Part shown: positions 9,243 through 15,033 of the stretch, one piece after another
Position numbering within the stretch: position 1 is the first letter of the stretch
Layout of the letters: each line of letters opens with the position of its first letter
Source: a virus
Taxonomy: Duplodnaviria > Caudoviricetes
Virus record (IMG/VR): IMGVR_UViG_3300023171_000016
Span: 1-53,970 of that record
DNA length: 53,970 nt
Direction: 5' to 3' (one strand)
Translations under genes and position numbers: made by a program
The notes under the pieces: generated by a model
Database searches by the model: none
The model's input: only the letters and a program-made list of their open reading frames with translations
What the model was told of the DNA's origin: nothing

Positions 9243-9605
9243 TTATGCCAACACCTGTTTATTATCCTCAAACACCTTTTCAAACAGTTCGCCGTACTTT
9301 TCGCTTTCAAGACGGTGTTCGTCAATATGGGCTATCATGCGTGTTGCTATTTCCTTTGCCACACGCTTACGCTCCCGTGATGTGGCTGCACCTTCAAGAC
9401 GTTCTTTCAGGGCATTCAGGGCCACAATCAGGGCCAGCCTCAATGCTTCGTCTTTATCGCCCGGTATGACCTGTGTAACGATTATTGCGCCCTTACTTTC
9501 TGCCAGCCACAGCAGCTTAGTCGTCACCTGCAATACCTTTTCTGATATGCGGCGGATTGATGCGGGGACAGCCCCGAAAGCGAGCATTAGTTTACGAAGG
9601 AACAT
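9243..9605 (-). CDS. hypothetical protein (possibly lysis-associated)
   Basis: 120 aa, upstream of the endolysin. Confidence 0.65.
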   Translation of the reverse strand: MFLRKLMLAFGAVPASIRRISEKVLQVTTKLLWLAESKGAIIVTQVIPGDKDEALRLALIVALNALKERLEGAATSRERKRVAKEIATRMIAHIDEHRLESEKYGELFEKVFEDNKQVLA

Positions 9606-9703
9606 ATGATACCGATTATTAGTAGTGAGGTAATTACGATGCCAAGTATTGTTCGGCTCGCTGTCTTATCTGGTGGTGGCACTTTGCCGATGTTGTCTAA
9701 CAT
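9587..9703 (-). CDS. 38-aa single-TM peptide, probably leaderless
   Basis: ATG 4 nt after TATCTTTA (9708-9715); hydrophobic C-terminus. Confidence 0.45.
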   Translation of the reverse strand: MLDNIGKVPPPDKTASRTILGIVITSLLIIGIICSFVN

Positions 9704-9767
9704 GTTGTAAAGATAAGTAATTAATTCACACAAAAAAGGCCCACACGTGTCAAGGTGCAGGCCGTTC

Positions 9768-9809
9768 ACTGCCTCGCTGAAAACTTTGCGAGAAAACAGC
9801 GGGAGTTAG
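9768..9809. repeat. 42-bp 3'-UTR element, copy 1
   Basis: Matches 11248-11289 with one mismatch. Confidence 0.9.
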
Positions 9810-10255
9810 ATAAATATTATGTTGCCCATTCTGTGCATTTCAATGTCACCTGCGCCAAAAATAGCCATCCATTTAGCTTTATCCGCCTTAAATTCGGCAA
9901 ATGTGGTAGCATGTTCAGCCGCAAATTCGGCGCACTCATCAATGGTTGAAAAAACAGGTGTTATAGGCGTACCCTCTGTGGTTGTTTCGTAACCCTGAAA
10001 ATGGGTACACAATTCCGCGTCTTTTGGGTCATATGGCAGATAAGAAGAAACACACGGCGCATCGCCCCCATATTCTGCATAATACTTATAATCGCTGTCT
10101 TGTTCAGGGTGTTCGCGTTTACTCCAAAGGTCGTTGTTTTTCAGCCATTCAGCTAATGCCGCTGCGTAGCTTTCATTGTACATAGGAATATATTTCCCGT
10201 AACTGTCTTGTGGGTGTTTCCAATTGGCCGGAACTCTCCTTAATTCTCTTCCCAT
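9806..10255 (-). CDS. hypothetical protein (MGRELRRVPANWKHP...), independent transcription unit
   Basis: Promoter TATCTTTG 10293-10300 upstream; terminator at about 9732-9763 downstream; start moved to 10255. Confidence 0.8.
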   Translation of the reverse strand: MGRELRRVPANWKHPQDSYGKYIPMYNESYAAALAEWLKNNDLWSKREHPEQDSDYKYYAEYGGDAPCVSSYLPYDPKDAELCTHFQGYETTTEGTPITPVFSTIDECAEFAAEHATTFAEFKADKAKWMAIFGAGDIEMHRMGNIIFI

Positions 10256-10355
10256 TTTTTCGCAAAGTTTTTCACCGCTACCTGCGGCCCGACAAAGATA
10301 CACAAAAAAGCCCCACCTTTCGGCAGGGCAGTACGCGTAGGGAACATTCACGAAC

Positions 10356-11183
10356 CTACGGTAGTAAGTTAAGGCATTCGGCGTAGTGGTTGGCGGTTTC
10401 TACTGCTTGATTGCGCTCTGTTGCAAAGTGGTTGTGTGCTGATTTTACCAGTTCGGCGAGTGTAAATGCCCGCTCTGTATTGGTAAGGTCTGCGAGAATG
10501 TTTTCTATTCGGTGAATAGGCTTTTTCTCTTGCTCCGAAAGCAGCATGTCCAACACATGTGCATCATATTCGTTGCGCTCCGCTTTCGCCTTCAATTCCA
10601 CAATTTCGGCGGTAAGTTCATTTATCTGTTCTGCTGCGGTGGTCAGCGTACGTTTGTTAAATGCAACCTCTTTTTGTAGTTCTGTATTGATAGTACACCA
10701 CCCGTTAATCCCTTTTTTCAATTCTGCATTATCCGCACTTAGTTCTGCAATCGTTTCATCTTTACCTGAATCCTGTGCATGTAGTTGTTCGATGTACGTG
10801 CGCCTGTCTGCAAGCGTAGCCGTAAGCCCGTCTATTTCTGCTTTCAGGTCTGCGCGGCTGCCTATCGCTTCGTCAAGCTGGCAGTTGAGGGAATTGATAG
10901 CAGAGTTACATTTTTCAATGTGTACACTAAGCCCTTCAATAGTTTTGTCCTTTTCCCTTACTGCTGCGTGTAGCGGAGCAACATCGGCACGTAGTTTATC
11001 TCGCTCATTGAACAACCCTTTCATAATATTTTCCGCTTCGTCTACTTGATTTCCGAGGGAGGAAATGGTTATTTTGTTCGATTCAAGTTTCGCCGCCTGC
11101 TTGTTGCTCTGTGCCAACTGTGCTTTAACCAGCCCTTCCAACTCCTTTACCCTCGATAATAACTGTGCATTTGTCTGTTTCAT
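10356..11183 (-). CDS. long coiled-coil protein, independent unit
   Basis: Heptad-rich sequence; TACCTTTA 11209-11216; terminator at about 10304-10329. Confidence 0.8.
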   Translation of the reverse strand: MKQTNAQLLSRVKELEGLVKAQLAQSNKQAAKLESNKITISSLGNQVDEAENIMKGLFNERDKLRADVAPLHAAVREKDKTIEGLSVHIEKCNSAINSLNCQLDEAIGSRADLKAEIDGLTATLADRRTYIEQLHAQDSGKDETIAELSADNAELKKGINGWCTINTELQKEVAFNKRTLTTAAEQINELTAEIVELKAKAERNEYDAHVLDMLLSEQEKKPIHRIENILADLTNTERAFTLAELVKSAHNHFATERNQAVETANHYAECLNLLP

Positions 11184-11247
11184 TTTGTGAATGTTTTTTT
11201 GTGAGGGGTAAAGGTAATAAAAAAGGCCCACAGTTGTGAGCCTTAGT

Positions 11248-11289
11248 ACTGCCTCGCTGATAACTTTGCGAGAAAACAGCGGGAGTTAG
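11248..11289. repeat. 42-bp 3'-UTR element, copy 2
   Basis: Matches 9768-9809. Confidence 0.9.
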
Positions 11290-11558
11290 TCGGTAGATAC
11301 CGTACAATATTGGAATACCAGACTATTTGCAGCATGGTTAAACTCCATGTTGTTCAGGCCGCTATTCGTTAACTCATTGAATATCCTGTTAGGAACCACC
11401 GTAGCCAACGCATGCATAAACATGGTGAATTTCTGGTCATCGTTTAGGTCTTCCTGTGGTATGTGAAAGTCATTGTCTTCTTCAAACACCTGTGCAATTG
11501 CTCCGTACAGCTTAACTGCGTACTGAAAAATTTGGTCTTGCTTCTCTTGATGTGTCAT
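11286..11558 (-). CDS. hypothetical protein (MTHQEKQDQ...), independent unit
   Basis: TACCTTTA 11598-11605; terminator at about 11219-11243. Confidence 0.75.
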   Translation of the reverse strand: MTHQEKQDQIFQYAVKLYGAIAQVFEEDNDFHIPQEDLNDDQKFTMFMHALATVVPNRIFNELTNSGLNNMEFNHAANSLVFQYCTVSTD

Positions 11559-11639
11559 TTTTTTTCGCAAAGTTTATCCGGCAACATTACCGGACGGTAA
11601 AGGTAATAAACTTTCCGCAATTTCCGGTTAGTTGGTGTA

Positions 11640-11778
11640 AAATGAGTAACGCCGCATCGGAGCGGCGTTAGACTTTCATTGAATCGTTTTTTGCTCCTGC
11701 GCCGACAACACGATATTGCTTAGGCTTGGGGACTCGAACCCCGCTGCACCGATAACCTACTTACTTTCGGTTTGAGGC
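11640..11778 (-). ncRNA. Putative small RNA containing a tRNA T-arm-like hairpin
   Basis: Promoter TACCTTTG 11781-11788; GGGG-TTCGAGT-CCCC at 11728-11742; terminal 9-bp hairpin 11647-11670. Confidence 0.5.
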
Positions 11779-11855
11779 TACAAAGGTAGTAACGTTTTTG
11801 ACACTACCAAACATTTCTGCATAATTTACTTTCAGGGGTGGCGGTGGGTTGCTTT

Positions 11856-11966
11856 AAACAAAAAAGGGCATAACGAATCGTTACCCCCTTTCAAATCCAC
11901 CATGTTATGCTGACCGGGCGGATACTCTAAACCAAAACATCGAAGTAGATGCAATAGCGTAGTGCG
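11856..11966 (-). ncRNA. Putative small RNA / mini-ORF unit
   Basis: Promoter TATATTTG 11970-11977; terminator hairpin plus U-tract at about 11856-11891. Confidence 0.45.
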
Positions 11967-11988
11967 CCACAAATATACAACTTTCCAT

Positions 11989-12018
11989 AAACAAAACACC
12001 CGCCACGTGGACGGGTGT
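11989..12018 (-). terminator. Intrinsic terminator of the tRNA operon
   Basis: ACACCCG...CGGGTGT followed by TTTGTTT right after tRNA-Tyr. Confidence 0.75.
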
Positions 12019-12022
12019 AAAG

Positions 12023-12106
12023 TCGAAGTAGAGGGATTCGAACCCCCGAAGCCATAAGGCGGCTGATTTACAGTCCACCCGTTTTATCCATCTTACCTAT
12101 ACTCCG
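12023..12106 (-). tRNA. tRNA-Tyr(GTA), long variable arm, atypical C1-G72 pair
   Basis: Acceptor CGGAGTA/TACTTCG-A, loop CTGTAAA, T arm GGGGG-TTCGAAT-CCCTC; weak D and anticodon stems. Confidence 0.8.
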
Positions 12107-12112
12107 ATTTTG

Positions 12113-12185
12113 TGGGAACGGTTGGGGTCGAACCAACATCTAAGGTTTTTCAGACCTTCGCTAAGACCGCATCAGCTACGCTCCC
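12113..12185 (-). tRNA. tRNA-Phe(GAA)
   Basis: GGGAGCG/CGTTCCC-A; AAGGT-CTGAAAA-ACCTT; GTTGG-TTCGACC-CCAAC. Confidence 0.93.
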
Positions 12186-12191
12186 ATAATG

Positions 12192-12262
12192 TACCCCCAC
12201 ATGGAATTGAACCATGATCATCCGGTTAAAAGCCGGTAGCTCTGCCGTTGAGCTATAAGGGT
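12192..12262 (-). tRNA. tRNA-Lys(TTT)
   Basis: ACCCTTA/TGGGGGT-A; GCTC/GAGC D stem; CCGG-CTTTTAA-CCGG; CATGG-TTCAATT-CCATG. Confidence 0.92.
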
Positions 12263-12268
12263 ATTTTG

Positions 12269-12341
12269 CACGCACCCAGAGAATCGAACTCTGCCAAATG
12301 GTTTTGGAGACCTTTTCGCCATCCTTGGGACATTGGCACGT
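12269..12341 (-). tRNA. tRNA-Trp(CCA)
   Basis: ACGTGCC/GGTGCGT-G; GGT-CTCCAAA-ACC; CAGAG-TTCGATT-CTCTG. Confidence 0.88.
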
Positions 12342-12343
12342 AT

Positions 12344-12380
12344 AAAAACAAAAATCCCGCTTAGTTTTCACCAAGCGGGA
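12344..12380 (-). terminator. Intrinsic terminator (attenuator 3:4 stem) immediately upstream of the tRNA operon
   Basis: TCCCGCTTGGT-GAAA-ACTAAGCGGGA followed by TTTTTGTTTTT. Confidence 0.85.
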
Positions 12381-12403
12381 CACTATTATGTTTAACAAAA
12401 TAG

Positions 12404-12463
12404 CTATCGCTTGGTAACGTTTCCGTACCAATAACTAAAGCTAAAATGTTTCGTTGTATTCAT
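12404..12463 (-). CDS. Putative attenuator leader peptide MNTTKHFSFSYWYGNVTKR
   Basis: ATG 4 nt after the -7 element; 7 of 19 codons are Lys/Phe/Tyr/Trp; overlaps alternative hairpins. Confidence 0.75.
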   Translation of the reverse strand: MNTTKHFSFSYWYGNVTKR

Positions 12464-12467
12464 GCCA

Positions 12468-12498
12468 CAAATGTACTACTATTTTTCAATTCACCAAA
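12468..12498 (-). promoter_or_regulatory. Promoter of the tRNA operon
   Basis: TTTG(12495-12498)-N19-TACATTTG(12468-12475). Confidence 0.8.
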
Positions 12499-12744
12499 TT
12501 ATATCCCAATATCCTCCATTCCCGTATCAGTCAGCCCGAAAAACTTTATAGTGTAGTGCATTAGCGTGGTGCCTATAGTCATGCCTGTTACTATCTGATA
12601 TTTCAGGTGTTCCGGTATGCCGGGCAGCATGGTTAGCACGATAGCAATTGCGCCGTTAATGAATGAGAAAATGCGAAAGGCTAATTTCAGCCCTTTCGGC
12701 GTGGGGTTGTTCACCTGTGCAACTCCGAATTTAATGTCTGCCAT
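12499..12744 (-). CDS. small 2-TM membrane protein (holin-like)
   Basis: Two hydrophobic segments; PTPK motif before the first TM. Confidence 0.6.
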   Translation of the reverse strand: MADIKFGVAQVNNPTPKGLKLAFRIFSFINGAIAIVLTMLPGIPEHLKYQIVTGMTIGTTLMHYTIKFFGLTDTGMEDIGI

Positions 12745-12747
12745 ATT

Positions 12748-13089
12748 TTACGGTTTATCCTTAATTTCTAATCTTGTTACTTTCGCCAGTACGCCCCGCC
12801 AGTCTATCAGCTTTAGGAATATCATTATGTCGCGGCTTGCAAGGGTAGCGACCGGCACGCAATATGCGCCAGCCTCAGGTGCATGTGCAAGGAACCACTT
12901 ACTTGTAATGAAACCTACGAAAATACCCATAAAGCTGGTGCCGAGAATATACAATCGGGTTATGCGCTTCTTATTGATTATATCCAGCCCAAAAGTACCT
13001 ACAAGCCCTATAAGGACGTAGGCAAACCATGCTCCGTACTTCGTTAGCACGTCTAAAGTTTCTTGGTAGAGTGTTTGTCTGTTTGACAT
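12748..13089 (-). CDS. putative holin
   Basis: 2-3 TM segments and a basic C-terminus; start moved to MSNRQ. Confidence 0.6.
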   Translation of the reverse strand: MSNRQTLYQETLDVLTKYGAWFAYVLIGLVGTFGLDIINKKRITRLYILGTSFMGIFVGFITSKWFLAHAPEAGAYCVPVATLASRDIMIFLKLIDWRGVLAKVTRLEIKDKP

Positions 13090-13406
13090 AATCTGTAAAT
13101 GAGCCATGCGGTAGCCGATGCTGCAAAAATTATTTCTATTCCGTCGATTTGGGCCGCTTGCCCCCTCACTTCGTCTATCCAGTTATTTACAGCCAAAACG
13201 CCGCAATACTCTAACCAAACCTTTTCCCGTGTCGTGCATTTGTACAGCTTACAGGCTATAGCCATGCACACGAATGAGAACGCCTGCCATGTGCAGAATG
13301 ATTGACTTAGTGCCGCCGCTGTTTTGGCTGGCAGCCCCTCACTATGAATAAGCCACCGTGGCAGCGTATTCGTTAGTATGGCAATTATGGTAAATACTAT
13401 GCTCAT
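13053..13406 (-). CDS. membrane protein
   Basis: Several hydrophobic segments. Confidence 0.6.
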   Translation of the reverse strand: MSIVFTIIAILTNTLPRWLIHSEGLPAKTAAALSQSFCTWQAFSFVCMAIACKLYKCTTREKVWLEYCGVLAVNNWIDEVRGQAAQIDGIEIIFAASATAWLIYRLCQTDKHSTKKL

Positions 13407-13693
13407 TTGCGAATTACTGGTGGTCTGCCGCCTACGAACTCTACCGCTACGCTGGTGTATGGGTTATTGCCGCCGGAATCTGTGAAGTTGATTGAGGCAT
13501 TGGCACCTACGTCAGCATAACCGCACAGCACATTTGCGCCGTTCCTGTCTTTTTCTATCCACATGCTGCCTATGTAGTTGGCAACCGTACCTGTTACCGA
13601 TGTTGGCACCTGTGGTACATTATCAATGCCTGTTATTAGGTCGCTGCCTATGTTGTCTACGTGGTAGCATACTTTATTGTCTGTACAACACAT
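13403..13693 (-). CDS. hypothetical protein
   Basis: 96-aa ORF, coupled to the next gene. Confidence 0.6.
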   Translation of the reverse strand: MCCTDNKVCYHVDNIGSDLITGIDNVPQVPTSVTGTVANYIGSMWIEKDRNGANVLCGYADVGANASINFTDSGGNNPYTSVAVEFVGGRPPVIRK

Positions 13694-13719
13694 TTTTATA
13701 TTGGTTTAAAAGTTACAAA

Positions 13720-14322
13720 TTACCTACGCACTATCAGCACGTCAACCGTTGCCCCGCTTACCGGCGTAGTCGCTATAGACAAGGCCAAAGTAAGCACAGA
13801 TACGCGCTGATATACAAGTACTGAAAATGCTGTAGTTGAAATAGAAATTACCCTACATTGATACTGATCTGTACCGCCTATAATATTGGCTTGTATCGAA
13901 GGTGTTGCGGCATATGCCACAGGGAATGTAATGTTGAATAAACCCGCGCCGTTAGTAGTTCCGGTATATGATGTATCTCGGCGGGTAGATGTTGCCGGTA
14001 TGCTGATAACGCCGGTTGCTGCATTGTAAGCCGGTGTTGCGTTGGTGGTGACTACTGATAGTGCGGCGCGTGCAGCAGAAGACATTGCCGCCCTAAGTGC
14101 AGCCGCTGTATCTCTGTCCCTACGGTCTATGTACTTCTTTGCGCACTCGCTTGCCCACGGCGAATGTGTGCTAACGTCAATAACACCCATAGTGTCCTGA
14201 CAAAGCCCTGACATATACACACCATTTGCAAACATTATCACAGGCGTAACAGTTACACCGGTTTGCCCCGCTGCTACTGACAGGGAGCGGGCAAGTAGGA
14301 GGAAAATTAGTAGGTTTTTCAT
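13720..14322 (-). CDS. signal-peptide protein with a fibre-tip/lectin-like C-terminus
   Basis: MKNLLIFLLL...AAG/Q; ITFPVAYAATPSIQA pattern. Confidence 0.7.
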   Translation of the reverse strand: MKNLLIFLLLARSLSVAAGQTGVTVTPVIMFANGVYMSGLCQDTMGVIDVSTHSPWASECAKKYIDRRDRDTAAALRAAMSSAARAALSVVTTNATPAYNAATGVISIPATSTRRDTSYTGTTNGAGLFNITFPVAYAATPSIQANIIGGTDQYQCRVISISTTAFSVLVYQRVSVLTLALSIATTPVSGATVDVLIVRR

Positions 14323-14323
14323 C

Positions 14324-14695
14324 TTATTCTATGGGTCTTAATTGTGGTATCTGAGTACGAATATAGTTATAAAGATACACTACACGCGCAGTAGTATCAT
14401 CGCTGCATATGTCGCGGTACATGTGGTATGCGGTGCCGTTAAATGGTAGGTTGTATGTGCATTGCTTCACGCCTGCATCGGAGTAGGTAAACACTGATAA
14501 CATGCCGTTATCTATGGTATTATCACCGGAAACGATAACGCCCATGCGGGTGCTTATATCGGTGCCGAAACCACAGAGCGTATCTGTAATATCGGTGTAA
14601 TAGTATGTGCCTACGCTGTCATAGCGCACGGTTATTGTTGCGCTGCTGTCGGTGAACCGGAACAGTATTAGGAGGATGAGTAGTGTGTATTTCAT
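14324..14695 (-). CDS. signal-peptide protein
   Basis: MKYTLLILLILF...SSA N-terminus. Confidence 0.7.
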   Translation of the reverse strand: MKYTLLILLILFRFTDSSATITVRYDSVGTYYYTDITDTLCGFGTDISTRMGVIVSGDNTIDNGMLSVFTYSDAGVKQCTYNLPFNGTAYHMYRDICSDDTTARVVYLYNYIRTQIPQLRPIE

Positions 14696-14804
14696 ATAGC
14701 TGTTTTACTTTGAGAGATATACTAAGGCGATTACGACAATCATGTGTACAATAGTGCAAATGTATTCGATTACGTCATCAGAAAGTTGTCTCATGTTACC
14801 TTTT

Positions 14805-15023
14805 TTAGTCCATTGTGTGTACATCATCGTACCAGTTTGAGGGGGTTGTTTCTTCTTCATCGTGCGAAAATTCGGCTGCGATGTTTAGGGAAATAAACAA
14901 TGCAATTGCAGCAAGTGCAAAATTTGAGTATATGGCTAGCGATAGGCTAGTATAAAGCATTGAATTTATGTACCAAATAGCCGAAAGGCACAGACACAAT
15001 AAGAATATGAGTATAGATTTCAT
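14805..15023 (-). CDS. small 2-TM protein
   Basis: Hydrophobic segments and an acidic tail. Confidence 0.55.
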   Translation of the reverse strand: MKSILIFLLCLCLSAIWYINSMLYTSLSLAIYSNFALAAIALFISLNIAAEFSHDEEETTPSNWYDDVHTMD

Positions 15024-15033
15024 AGCCCCAAAT

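Noticed and set aside
11261-11268. TAACTTTG on the + strand as an antisense promoter explaining the repeat
   Set aside because: The other copy reads AAACTTTG and loses the consensus, so this cannot explain the conserved element. It is not excluded for this copy alone.
9768-11289. 42-bp repeats as a CRISPR array or integron attC sites
   Set aside because: There are only two copies, 1480 bp apart, with no cas or integrase gene. The middle gene has the same structure with a different sequence, which favours RNA pairing.
11721-11780. A fifth complete tRNA
   Set aside because: Only a T arm and a short acceptor-like pairing are present; there is no D or anticodon arm.
12150-12431. 93-aa - strand ORF
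   Set aside because: It overlaps three tRNA genes and the terminator, so it is spurious.
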